Assembly (NCBI RefSeq): GCF_009914755.1
Contig: NC_060934.1
Length of the DNA: 64,000 nucleotides
Source of the DNA: the human T2T-CHM13v2.0 reference genome, Homo sapiens
Reading direction: 5' to 3' (one strand)
Below, in pieces: positions 1 to 16,732 of the stretch (position 1 is the stretch's first letter; the number at the start of each line of letters is the position of its first letter). A program made the position numbers and the translations under genes. The notes under the pieces were generated by a model. That model was not told the DNA's origin. It did no database searches and worked only from the letters and a program-made list of their open reading frames with translations.

Positions 1-1139
1 GTTGGGGCAGGGAAAATTTTGGGGGGTGGTATGGAGAGATAATGGGTGATGTTTCTCAGGGCTGCTTCCAGCGGGATTAGGGTTGGCGTGGGAACCTACA
101 GTGGGAGAGATTAAGCTGACGGAAGATTCTGTGGTAAGGGGTGATATTGTGGGGTTGTTAGAAGGAGGATTTGTCTTATAGAATGATTGGTGATGGCCTG
201 GATACGGTTTTGGATGAATTGAGAAACTAAACGGAAGACACAAGGTCTGAATAAGAGAAGGAAAAAAACAGGTATTAAAGGACTAAGAATTGGGAGGACC
301 CAGGACATCCAATTAGAGAGTGCCCAAGGGGTTCAGTGTAATTACTTGCTTGGTTGGTGAGTTTTTGGGCTCTATCCTGGACAGAGTCCTCCTTTTTAAG
401 TTGGAGGCTGAGCTTCGTGAGGTGTGTTTTTAAAAGACCATTAGTCCGTTCTACCTTTCCTAAAGATTGAGGACAGAAAGGGGTATGAAGGTTCTACTGA
501 ATACCCAAAGCCCGAGAAACTGCTTGGGTGATTTGACTAATAAAGGGCCGGTCCGTTATTGGACTGTATAGAGGTGGGAAGGCCAAACCGAGGAATTATG
601 TCTGACAGAAGGGAAGAAATGACCGCAGTGGCCTTCTCAGACCCTGTGGGAAAGGCCTCTACCCATCCAGTGAAAGTGTCTACCTAGACCAAGAGGTATT
701 TTAGTTTCCTGACTCGAGACATGTGAGTAAAGTCAATTTGCCAGTCCTGGGCGGGGGCAAATCCCCGAGCTTGATGTGTAGGGAAGGGAGGGGGCCTGAA
801 CAATCCCTGAGGAGTAGCAGAACAGCAGATGGAACACTGAGAAGTGATTTCCTTAAGGATAGATTTCCATGATGGAAAGGAAATGAGAGGTTCTAACAGG
901 TGGGCTAGTGGCTTGTAACCAACCTAGAAGAGGTTATGAAATGATGATAGAATAGAATGGGCCCGTGAGGCTGGAAGGAGATATTCTCCTTGGTCCAAGA
1001 ACCATTTGCCTTGTGTGGGAAGAGATTGATAGGCGGAAGTTTCATTGGGAGAGTAGGTGGGAGTGATCGATGAGAAGGAGAAAAACTGGCCATAAGGGAC
1101 AGAAGTTGGAATGCTAGCTGCCCGGGTTTCGGCACCAAA
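1..1139 (-). mobile_element. HERV-H internal remnant (integrase fragment joined to env TM tail); 3' LTR lies just outside the window
   Basis: The minus strand encodes HERV-H integrase motifs (FHNLF*VGYK, SQCSIC, DWQIDFTHM, QSNNGP, GKVERTNG) at ~385-1120. ORF 111-308 (WVLPILSPLIPVFFLLLFRPCVFRLVSQFIQNRIQAITNHSIRQ) is the env TM C-terminus. The frame carries stops and the second catalytic Asp reads Asn. Confidence 0.92.
1121..1137 (-). other. Retroviral primer-binding site complementary to tRNA-Phe
   Basis: Minus strand TGGTGCCGAAACCCGGG starts 2 nt after the LTR end and is the complement of the tRNA-Phe(GAA) 3' end CCCGGGTTTCGGCACCA. Confidence 0.85.
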
Positions 1140-1574
1140 TGTCATGTGTGTCCATGTGAAGAGACCACCAAACAGGCTTTGTGTGAGCAACAAGGCTGTT
1201 TATTTCACCTGGGTGCAGGCGGGTTGAGTCAGAAAAGAGAGTCAGTGAAGAGAGATAGGGTTGGGGCCGTTTTATAGGATTTGGGTGGGTGGTGGAATAT
1301 TACAGTCAAAGGGGGTTTTTCTCTTGTGGGCAGGGGCAGGGGTCACAAGGTGCTCAGTGGGGGAGCTTCTGAGCCAGGAGGAGGAATTTCACAAGGTTAA
1401 TCACTCGGTTAAGGTGGGGCAGGAACAAATCACAATGGTGGAATGTCATCAGTTAAGGCAAGAACTGGCCATTTTGACTTCTTTTGTGATTCTTCACTTG
1501 CTTCAGGCCATCCGGATGTTTACGTGCAGGTCACAGGGGATATGATGGCTTGGCTTGGGCTCAGAGGCCTGACA
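1140..1574 (-). mobile_element. LTR7-family 5' LTR of HERV-H
   Basis: Minus strand starts TGTCAGGCCTCTGAGCCCAAGC and ends ...TGACA. It has TATAAAA near 1270-1276 and AATAAA at 1199-1204, and is followed by the PBS. Confidence 0.92.
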
Positions 1575-1636
1575 GTCAGCATTTTGATGCGTTTTTTTTT
1601 CTGGGTCTTCATTTTTATGTTCTTAAAAGTCCTCTT

Positions 1637-1931
<295 letters not shown>

Positions 1932-2480
1932 GAAGTCGTCTTTGTCTCATGCAATCAGAATGAAACCTTATTGGTTTGTTAGGTAAAACATCAATGTAGG
2001 GAATAGTAGTATAAAATAATACATACATAAATATTTTCACCAAAACACACGAATTTGCATTTACTAGTTGGTGTCTTGATGCAGAGCCATGATCCGCTGG
2101 TTGGAATTCCCTGAGTACCTCTTGTAGGAACCCTCCTAAGGCACGCTCTCCAGTAGTCAGTTTTGGCTGCTTTGAAGTGCAACAGGAGCCTAAAGATGCT
2201 TTTGAATTTTTTAGGAGCAAAATCCTTCTAGTTTTTTTTTTACTGAGGATTTTATAGTTGTCTTGCCTGTATATAATTTGACAGTATTTTTTAGCCTTTA
2301 TTATTTTTAATTGTCACATAATAATTATACATTTTATGGGGTACAGTGATATTTTGATATATATAGTCAATGTGTTATAATCAAATCAGGGTAATTAACA
2401 TGTGTATCAACTCAAACACTTATCATTTCTTTGTGCTGGGAACATTCAAATCCACTCTCCTAGCTATTTGAAAATATACA

Positions 2481-2795
2481 GAGCCAGGCTTGGTGGCTCA
2501 AGCTTGTAATCCCAACACTTTGGGAAGCTGAGGCAGGAGGATCGCTTGAGGCTAGGGGTTTGAGACCAGCATGGGCAACATAGTGAGACCCCCATCTTTA
2601 CAAAAAATAAAAAAAATTGCCAGGAAGGTTGGCACATGCCTGTAGTCCCAGCTACTCTGGAGGCTAAGGTGGAAGGATCACTTGAGTCCAAGAGTTTAAG
2701 GCTGCAGTGAGAGATGATGGCACCACTGCACTCCAGCCTGGGTGACATAACAAGACCTTGTCTCAAAAAAAAAAAGAAAAGAAAAAGAAAAAAAA
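2481..2795 (+). mobile_element. AluJ
   Basis: Diverged Alu dimer with GGATCGCTTGAGG-type diagnostics and an A-rich tail, inserted in the L1 3' UTR. Confidence 0.85.
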
Positions 2796-4640
2796 GTACA
2801 ATAAATTGTTGTTAGTTATAGTCACCCTATAGTGCTATAGAACACTAGCACTTATCCCTTCTATCTAGCTGTGCTTCTGAATCTGTAAACCAACCTTTGG
2901 TTATCCCTCTCCCCCTTCCTTTTCCCTGCCTCTGGTTACTATTCTGTTCTCTACCTCTATGAGAACAACTTTTTTCACTTCCACATATGAATGAGAACAT
3001 TTGCTATTTATCTTTCTGTACCTGGCTTATTTCAATATCGTAATGTCCTCTGAGCTCATTCATATTGCCATGAATGACAGAATTTCATTTTTTAAATGGC
3101 TAAATAGTATTCCATTGTGTATATATACCACATTGTCTTTATCCATTTACTTGTTGATCGACACTTAGGTTGATTTCATATCTTGGCTATTATGAAGAGT
3201 GCTGCAATAAACATGGGCGTGCAGCTCTTTGACATAATGATTTCCTTTCCTTTGGATATATACCTAGTAGAAGGATTGCTGGGTCATATGGCAGTTCTGT
3301 TTTTAGTTTTTCTGAGGAACCTTGATACTGTTTTCCATAATGGCTGTACTAATTTACATTCCCGCCTGCAGAAAGAGTTCCCCTTTCTCTGCCTCCTTGC
3401 CAGCATTTGTAATTTTTTGTTTATTTTGATAATGGCCACTATAACTGGGGTGCAATGATATTTCATTGTCATTTTGATTTGCATATCCCTGATGGTTAGT
3501 GATGTTGAACATTTAAAAATATATACTTGTTGGTTTTGTCTGCATTCTTTTGAGAGATATCTATTCAGCTCATCTGCCTGTTTTTTAATTGGAGGATTTT
3601 TGTTTGTTTTTTGCTGTTGAGTTGTTTGAGTCCCTTGTATATTCTGGATATTAACCCCTTGTCAGATGAATAGTTTGCAAATATTTTCTCCTATTCTGCA
3701 GGTGATCTCTTCATTCTCTTGATTATTTCCCTTGCTGTGCAGAAACATTTTAGTTTGATATAATTTCATTTGTCTACTTTTGCTTTTGTTGCCCGTGCTT
3801 TGAGGTTTTCTTTATAAAATCTTTGCCCAGACCAATGTCCTGAAGCATTTCTTCTATGTTTTCTTCTAGTAGTTTTATGGTTTTGGGTCTTACATTTAAG
3901 TCTTTAGCCAATTTTAAGTTGATTTTTATATATGGTGAGAGATACGGCTCTAGTTTCATTTTTCTGCATATGGATATCCAGTTTTCCTAGCATCATTTGT
4001 TGAAAAGACTGTTCCATCCCCAGTGAATGTTCTTGTCACCTTTATTGAAAATCAGTTTTGCTATAAATACATGGGTTTATGTCTGGATTTCCTATTCTGT
4101 TCCATTGGTCTATGTGTCTGTTTTTATGCCAGTGCCATGCTGTTTTGGTCTTTTTAATATATTTTGAGGTCTGGTAGTGTGATATGTCTAGCTTTGTCCT
4201 TTTTGCTCAGGATTGCTTTGGCTATATGGGGGGTGGGGTCCATAGAATTTTTAGGATTGTTTTTTCTATTTCTGTGAAGAATGTCTTTGGTATTTTGTTG
4301 TGAGTTGCATTGAATCTGTAGATTGCTTTGGGTGGTATGGTAATGTTCACAATATTAATTCTTTTAATCCATAAACATGGATGTCTTTCAGTTTTTTTAT
4401 GTCCTCTTCAATTTTTTTCATCAGTGTTTAACAGTTCTTATTGTAGAGATCTTTCACTTCTTTGGTTGAATTTATTCCTAGATTTTTTTTTTGTAGTTAT
4501 TGTAAATGGGATTGCTGTGTTTCTTTTTCTGCTAGTTTGTTGTTGGTGTATAGAAATGCTACTGATTTTTGTATGTTGATTTTGTATTCTGAAATTTTAC
4601 TGAATTCATTTATTAGTTCTCAGAGTTTTTTTGGTGGAGT

Positions 4641-4966
4641 TTTTTTTCTTTCTTTCTTTCTTTCTTTCTTTTTTCTTTTTTTTTTTTTGAGACAGACTTT
4701 CACTCTGTTGCCCAGGCTGGAGTGCAGTGGCATCACCTCGGCCCACTACAACCTCCTCCTCCTGGGTTCAAGCCATTCTCCTGCCTCAGCAACCCAAGTA
4801 GCTGGGATTACAGGTGTGCGCTACAATGCTGGGCCACTTTTTGTATTTTTAGTAGATATGGAGTTTCACCATGTTGGCCAGGCTGGTCTCCAACTCTTGA
4901 CCTCAAGTGATCCACCAGCCTCCTCCTCCCAAAGTGCTGGGATTACAGGTGTGAGCCATCGTGACT
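4641..4966 (-). mobile_element. AluS
   Basis: Antisense Alu dimer with a (TTTC)n-containing tail inside L1 ORF2. Confidence 0.9.
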
Positions 4967-5818
4967 GTAAGTCTTTTGTTTTTCTATATATGATAGTTTA
5001 TATGCAAATAGGGACAATCTGACTTCCTGTTGTCTAATATGGATGCTCTTTATTTTTTTCTCTTCCTTAATTGCTCTGGCTAGTACTTCCACTACTGTGG
5101 TGAATAAAAGTGGTAATAGTGGGCTTTCTTGTCTTGTTTTGGATCTTGGAGAAAAAGCTTTCAACTTATCCCCTTTCAGTATGATGTTGGCTATGATTTT
5201 GTGCTATGTGGCCTTTACTGTGTTGAGATATACTCCTTCTATACCTAACTTGTTGAGAGTTTTTATCATGAAGGGATGTTGAATTTTATCAAGTACTTTT
5301 TGTGCATCTATTGAGAGGAGCATATGGTTTTTGTCCTTCATTCTGTTGATGTGATATATTGTGTTTATTGACTTGTGTATGTTGTATCCCTGAGATAAAT
5401 TCTGCTTGATCATGGTGAATCATCTTTTTGATGTGCTGCTAAATTTGGTTGACCAGTATTTTGTTGAGGATTTTTTGCTTCTATATTTACCAGAGATATT
5501 GGCCTGTAGCTTTCTTTTTTTTTGTTGTGTACTTGTTTGGTTTTGGTATAGGGTAATGCTGGCCTCATTGAATAAGTTTAGAAGAATTCTTTCCCCCTTA
5601 ATTTTCTGGAAGAGTTTGAGAAGAATTGGCATTAGTTTTTCTTCAGATGTTTGGTAGAATTCAGCAGCGAGGCCATCAGGTCCTGTGCTTTTCTTTGATG
5701 GAAGACTTATTATAGATTCAATATTGTTACTTGGAACTGGTCTGTTCTGGTTTTATATTTCTTCTTGGTTCAATCTTGGTAGATTTCATGTGTCCAGGAA
5801 TTTCTCAATTTCTGCTAG

Positions 5819-6127
<309 letters not shown>

Positions 6128-6260
6128 GTTTTCTTTTATTTTTCTGCATATGAATGCCAGGTTATAGCGACTAGGCTTTCTAATTTGTTTGTGTATAGTT
6201 GTTTGTAATAGTCTCTAATGATCCTTTGTATTTCTGTGGTATCATCTTTTTTTTTTTTTT

Positions 6261-7087
<827 letters not shown>

Positions 7088-7257
7088 TATTTCTCCCTCC
7101 ATTTTACAAGGGGACCCTTAATCCTATGGGTTGTAGAGGGATGAATATCTATCTTCTCTAACTTCTGCTGGCTGAATAGGGGTGATGATATTTCTATCTA
7201 TTAGGGTCTCTTGTATTTAGAGTAGAGAGGAGCTCAGTCAGAAAACATTGGTATAAA

Positions 7258-7938
<681 letters not shown>

Positions 7939-9185
7939 TCAGGAAGAAGAATAAGTGTTCAATTTAAGAAATTGTTGAGTAAGCTTATCCTGCATTCCTG
8001 CACAAAGAGTACAACAGCAATATGTTTCACAACAGTAAATCAATATAAGTAAAAGCATTCCAACCAAACTAAATGATAAGTTTAGTTTGCAGTCACAGGT
8101 ATTTGACTGTGACTTGCCCAGTTCCTGGAAAGAACTGGGAACTTTCCAGGAACTGGAACTGGGCAAGTGTTGGAACCAAGGAACTGGGCAAGTGTTGGAA
8201 CCAAGCTGATTTGGGGTTGCTACCCAATTCCAGTATATGCCCATAATTAGAAGACTGATCCAGATTTTTATATTACCTATTTCTCTTGTTTCTTCTGAGC
8301 AGCAGCCAGAAATCACTAACTGATTCACAGAAATAAGCAGGGTCAATCTAAATTGCAGAAAAAAACTAAAAAACAGCAAATAAGACTAGACTCTAATAAC
8401 AGGTGTACCATAGTTTTTGAAATACAAATTTTCTCTCTCCAGTCTTCATTTTTATTAAAACCAAATCATGGTTTCATTTGCAAAATAAGCTTTAGTCTTA
8501 TTATAATTGTCTTGATTGTTTGTAGAAGTGCAGCAAGAATAATTATTTGCCATATAGGCACCTTTTAAAATTGCCTTTGATGGATCTTTGTTCGATAAGG
8601 AATCATGGATTAGACTTTTTAAAGCCTTGAGCCGAGCCATGGGTTTGTGACTGCAGATACCTGTATGAGCTGGGTAAATTTCTCTCCTCTCGAGGTCCCA
8701 AGATAACTTGGGGCTCCTAAGCCTGCCAGAAAATGACATTCTATACTTACCACAGGTGAGGAACCCTGTACAGGGACTGTGTAGACAAGATATGAGGCCA
8801 GTTTTCCCAAGGGGCTTTTATTCCTTAAAGGAATCTGTTTATATCTGAAAGAATGCCATTCCAGTCAAAGCCTTGGTAAAAGAACCAGTCTCCAACTGTG
8901 TTCTGTTACAAAAGAAAACAGTTGCTTTTTGCACTTATGTAAATAACTATATTGCCATAAGTTAAGAATACTCACAAATAGTTTCCAAATTCTGGAGAAA
9001 TCAAATAGAGAGAAAGAAATATGCTCCAAGTTTTGCTTACAGGAGGATTCTTTACTCAATTGCTAAAAGCTGTAAATAATTGAAAAGTTTTCTTGACTCC
9101 AAAGTTGGCCAATTGATGCTGCAATCTATTTTCTTTGGGTCAGGGGTCTCTTCAGTATCATCCCTTTGTGATTCACCATGGAAGA

Positions 9186-9340
9186 TGTTACTGGAAAGCG
9201 GTCACAATTCAGACCCCAAGAGAGGGTTCTTGGATCTTATGCAAGAAAAAATTTGGGGTGAGTCCACAGAGTAAAGTGAAAGCAAGTCTATTAGAGAAGT
9301 AAAGAAACAAAAGAGTGGCTACTCCACAGCCAGAGCAGCC
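9186..9340 (-). mobile_element. MER41 LTR, R-U5 portion only
   Basis: The + strand reads TGTTACTGGAAAGCGG...AGACCCCAAGAGAGGGTTCTTGGATCT...GAGCAGCC and stops abruptly at the TSD with no U3. Confidence 0.8.
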
Positions 9341-9864
9341 TCTGTGGTATCAGTTGTAATGTCTCTGTTTTGATTTCTGATTTTATGTATTTGGGTCTTT
9401 TATCTTTTTTTCTTGGTTAGTCTAGCTAATGGCTTGTCAATTATGTTTATTCTCTCAAAAAAAACCAACTTTTTTTGTCAATCTTTTGTGTTTTCTTTAG
9501 TCTCAATTTATTTTATTTCTACTCTGGTCTTTACTATACCTTTCCCACTACTAACTTTGTGTTTTGTTTGTTCTTTCTTTTCTAGTGCCTTGAGATACTT
9601 CACTAGATTTTTTTTTTTACTGTATTCATTTATTCCTATAAACTTTCCTCATAATACTGCTTTTGCTGTATCCTATAGGTTTTGCTTTGTTGTGTTTCTA
9701 TTTTTATATGTTTCAAGACATTTTTAAATTTTCTTCTTAATTTCTGTATTGACCCATTGATTGTTCAGGATCATGTTATTTAATTTCTATGTATTTGTAC
9801 AATTTCACAAATTGTTGTTACTGATTTCTAGTTTTGTTTAATTATGGTCAGAAATGATAGTTGA

Positions 9865-10160
<296 letters not shown>

Positions 10161-10262
10161 ATGATTTCGGTTCTTTTAGAATTGTTGAGACTTGTTTTGT
10201 GGCCTAAAATGTGGTCTATCCTGGACAATGTTCTATGTGCTGATAAAAATAATATGTATTTG

Positions 10263-10605
<343 letters not shown>

Positions 10606-10722
10606 TTAAATTTAATGTTTCTTTGTTGATTTCCTATCTAGATGATCTATCCAATGCCAAGAGTAAGGTGTTGAAGTCCCTAACCATTATTATATTGGGT
10701 TCTGTCTCTACTTTTTGAAACA

Positions 10723-11140
10723 TTTTTATTTTTTTTATTTATTAGAGGTGGAGTCTTGCTATGTTGCCCAGGCTGGTCTTGAACTCCTGGCCTCAAGCTA
10801 CCCTCCTGCTGTGGCCTTCCAAAGTGCTGGGATTACAGATGTGAGCACCATGTCTGGCCCCCACTTTTTTTGAGACAGGGTCTCACTTTATTGCCCAGAG
10901 TGAAGTGCAGTAGCATGGTCATAGCTCACTGCATCCTCAAACTCCTTGGGCTCAAGTGATCCTCCTGCCTCAGCCTCCTAAGTGCATACTACCATTCCTG
11001 GCTTTTTCTTTTTTTTTTTTAGTAGAGATGAAGTCTCACTATGTTGCCCAGGCTGGTCTTGAACTTCTGGCCTCAAATAACCCTTCTGCCTCAGTCTCCC
11101 AAAGTGCTGGGATTACAGGCATGAGCCACTGTGCCTGGCC
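10723..11140 (-). mobile_element. FLAM-like monomer (10723-10859) plus AluJ (10865-11140)
   Basis: Two adjacent, diverged antisense Alu-family elements. Confidence 0.8.
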
Positions 11141-12211
11141 TCTGTCTCTCCCTTTAGATCTAATAATTTATGCTTTATATATCTGGATGCTCCATTGTTT
11201 GGCACATATAATTTATGATTGTTATGTCCTCTTGCTGAATTGATCCCTTTATCATTATATAATGACCTTGTCTCTATTTACCATTTTGACTTAAAGCCTG
11301 CTTTATCTGATGTTAAGCATAGCTTTTCCTGCCAATTTTGGTTTCTGTTTGCATGGAATATCTTTATCCATCCCTTCATTTTCAGTCTATATGTGTCTTT
11401 ACAGGTGAAGTGAGTTTCCTGTAGGTAGCATATAGTTAGGTCATTTATTTTCTTATCCGTTCAGGCAGTGTATGTCTTTTAAATGGAGGAATTTAATCTG
11501 TTTACATTCAAGGTTATTGTTGATAGGTGAGGACTTGCCCCTGTCAATTCATTAATTGTTTTCTGATTGTTTTGTGTATCCTTTCTTTCTTATTGTTTAT
11601 GATTGTGGTTTGGGTTTTTGTTTTTTTGGTAGTGATAAGGTTTGATTCTTTTTCTCCTTTGTGTATTTGCTCTACCAGTGAGTTTTACACTTTTATGTGT
11701 TTTCATGATAGTGATGATTGTCTTTTTTGCTTCCAGATGTAGGATTCCATTGAGCATTTCTTGTAAGGCTAGTCCAGTGGTGATGAATTCTTTCAGTTTT
11801 TGCTTGTGTGGGAAAGACTATTTCTCCCTAATTTCTGAAGGATAGCTTTGCTGGATATGGTATTATTGGCTGATGATTATTTTCTTTTAGCACTTTGACT
11901 GTATCATCCCATTCTCTACTGGCCTGTAAGGATTCTGTGGAGAAATCTGCTCTTAGTCTAATAGATATTCCTTTATATGTGACTCAATGCTTTTCTCTTG
12001 CTGTTTTTAGAATTCTCTTTTTTTTTTCCTTTTTTTGGAGGCTTTCTCTGTGAACTTTCTGTATCTTTGACTTTTTACAATTTGACTATAATGGCCTCAG
12101 GGAGGGCCTTTTTGGGTTAAATCTATTTGGGAATCTTTGAGCTTCCTTGATCTGGATGTCCACATCTTTCCCCAGACTTAAGAAGTTTTCAGCTATTATT
12201 TCATTAAATAG

Positions 12212-12546
<335 letters not shown>

Positions 12547-12679
12547 CTTCTCTTCTCCTTTTAAAACTACTGTAATACAAATATTTGATTGCTTTATTAT
12601 GTCTCATAAGTCTTGTAATTTTTCTTGACTTTTTTGTTCTTATTTATTTTTTTCTCTGACTGGGTAATTTCAAATGACC

Positions 12680-13290
<611 letters not shown>

Positions 13291-15569
13291 CAAATGACCT
13301 ACCTTTCAAGTTCAGAGAATCTTTCTTCTGCTTGATCAAGCGCTGTTGAAGCTCTCTATTGCATTTTTTATTTCATTCATTGAACTTTTTGGCTGCAGGA
13401 CTTCTGTTTGTTTCTTTTAAAATTGTTTCTATCTCTTTGTTGAATTTGTCTTTCACATCGTGAATTGTTTTCTTGATTTTTATCAGATTGTCTATCTGTA
13501 TTTTTTTTTTTTTTGTATCTTGTTGATTTCCTTAAGATCTCTTTTTGAATTCCTTTTCTTGAAATTTGTGGATTTCCTTCCCATTTGGGTCTCTTACTAG
13601 TGAGTTATTATGTTCCTTTGGTGGTGTCATATTTTCTTGACTTTTGAGTTTCTTTTGTCCCCACATCCTCACATTGATGTCTGTACATCTAGTGGATCAA
13701 TCACCTCTTCCATTTTAGAATGGCTTTTGTAGAGAAAGGTTTTCATCTGCAGTTGGGTTGTAGTGTGCCAGTTGGAAAGAGTGTGATGACTCTGTTTCTG
13801 GATAGGTGCAATGGTATAGTCTCTATGCAGCTTCTTCAGCTGCACTGGACATCAGCAATAACTGTGAGCACCCCCGTGGCCTAGGCTGTAGATGTTTGTA
13901 CACTGGCATCATAGGTTGTTAATGTCCTCAGTGTTGAGGGCTCTTGAGGTCCTCCTATTCTCATTTAACCCACAAGGGGAAGACTTAGCCAAGGGTATCT
14001 CTCTTGGTATCAAGTCTGACATGGCCTACAAGCAGCTGCAGCAGCCCTGAGTTCCAGGTGCAGGTGCTTAGAGTGGCTGTGGGGCTGGGGTCCTAGGCTG
14101 AGGGTCTTGCAAGCGTATTATGCCACCTGGGTCATGGGGTGCAACTTTGCTGTCAGTGGCAGGGTTGGATATATGTTGCCCACAGAGCCAGCATCTGTGA
14201 CTCTGAAGCACCCGCTATCAGCTCAGCCCCATAGGCTGGGTTGTACCTGTGATTCTACTGCTGGGAGGGAGAGGGCACAGTACTGGCCTGACTCCTGGGA
14301 AGAAGTGCTCTAAAGATTTGGGCCTGGGAGACAAGGCATGGCTGCAATTCAGGAACTTGAGCCAATAGGGTTCAGCAGCAACTCAGATCCCAGGGGATGA
14401 GGCATTGTGTAGTGTGACTCTAGAACAAGGGATTGTGGGGCTTGGCAATAATCCTGACTGCGTGATGCCAGGTGCAGCAGCAGCAAGTATCCCAGAAAGG
14501 TGGGGCACAGCTGTTGTTTGGGCACTGAGGGGGCAAGAAACAGCACAGTGATGACTTTACTCCCCAGGGAGAGGGTTATGTCAGCGGCTCAGACTCTAGA
14601 GGGCTAGCCCAGCTCTGGGGCAACAGAGTACTAGGGTTGTTTGGCCTGTAGGGCAGGATGTCTCAGTTCATTCACAGCTCTATTTCCCTGGGACATGGGG
14701 TACTAGGTCAGCTCAGTTCTGGGATGCACAGTTGCTCAGCTTGGCCAGGGCACTGATTCCCCAGGAGCTGGTGTGCTGCTTCAGCTCATGCTTGGGGGTG
14801 ATAGGGGACATGACTGTCCTCGGCAGCCCAGGAACTATTTCCCTGAGATGCAGAGCACCACTTTAGCTTAGGCACTGGGGTGAGTGACTGCTCCAGGTAG
14901 CCAAGGTACTGTTTTCTGGGATGTAAGGCACTCCTTCAACTTAGGCACCAGAGAGGTGTGACTGTCCTGAGCAGCCAAGGTACTGTGTTTAGGAGGCAGG
15001 GTACCTAGGAAATCAGTTAGGCTCTGGCCCAAGGGGGCAGAAGGAGGGGTAGATGGAGTGGCTCTACCTCTGCTGGGCCCTGCAGGGAAGGGTGCAACAG
15101 CTGCTGGCAGCTTGGCTTGGGGATGTTGGGCCACTGGGCTGGGGTGGAGGGTGGCTTAGCTCCAGGGATGAAGGGGACCCATGGCAACTCACCCCGGGAG
15201 CAAGATGCGCTCCAGCTGTTGTTCCAATTCCAAGATGGCATAGCAGAGTAGCCATGTGGGCACAGGGGGCATGGCACAGCATTGGCTTCTTCTTTGGAGG
15301 AGCACTGCTGTGTGGACTCCAGGCAGCTTCCTTAGCTGAGCTTGGTGCCTGTGAGAATTGCAGGGACTCCAGTGGTGAGGTCTGTAGGTGGCCAAGGTGT
15401 TGATGGGGGTTGCTTGCACCCTCTTGCTTACCTCCTGGTTTCCAGCTGATCCTGGTGGGGGGATGGAATGGTAGAGTCCCAGCATTTTCTTCTGTTCTCT
15501 GTGTAGCCATCTCAAGTTTCTGTCACCCATCTGATGAACTCTGGCACTCTCCCTCAGTTATTTTTGTTA

Positions 15570-15905
<336 letters not shown>

Positions 15906-16059
15906 TCATTGTTTATTCATTGTTTTGGCTATCTTTATGATGGGGAGGAGCGCTAGCGGGTTCCAGTCTTGTTCTCCTCCCGAGTGTGATAGCATTTTTA
16001 ATGGACAATCCTTTAGGGCATCTTTCCAAAGCTTTCAACTTAGTTTTTGTTTCTGTACT

Positions 16060-16665
16060 TAAAAAAATTATGGTAAAATACACATAACATAAAATTTAAA
16101 CATTTAATTTAACCATCTTAACCATTTAAGTGTACAGTTCAGTGGTATTAAGTACATGTGTTATTTTGCACCATCCATCTCCAGAACTTTGTTCATTTTC
16201 CCAAACTGGAACCCTGTACCCATTAAACACTAGCTTCCCATTTCCCAGTGCCCTCAACCCCAGGCAAGCACCATTCTACTTTCTGTCTCTGTGAATTTGA
16301 GTACTCTAGGTATCTCAGATAAGTGGAATCATACAGTATTTGGTTTTTTTGTGAGTGCTTATTTCACTTAGCATAATGTCCTCAAAATTCATTCTTGTTT
16401 TAGCATATATTAGAATTTCTTTCCTTTCTAAGGTTGAATTATATTCCATTGTATGTATGTGCCACATTTTGTTTATCCATTCATCAGTCAATGAACACTT
16501 GGGTTGCTTCCATGTTTTGGTCATTGTGAATAATGCTGCTATGAACATGGGTTTATGAATTCTGTTCAAGTCCAAGTCCCTGCTTTCCATTCTTTTGGGT
16601 ATGCACCCAGAGTGGAATTGCTGGATCATATGGTAATTCTATTTTTAATTTTTTGAGGAACTGAT
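16060..16665 (-). mobile_element. L1MB-type 3' fragment
   Basis: Minus-strand ORF 16315-16629 resembles the L1 ORF2 C-terminus (MFIAALFTMTKTWKQPKCSLTDEWINKMWHIHTMEY). Confidence 0.85.
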
Positions 16666-16732
16666 TCATCTTAGTTTTTATAGAAGTAACACTTTTTTCC
16701 CCCTACTCCCTCCTCTCGCACTCTTATATATA

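Noticed and set aside
1121-1137. tRNA-Phe-like sequence ending in CCA
   Set aside because: Only 17 nt and adjacent to an LTR, so it is a primer-binding site and not a tRNA gene.
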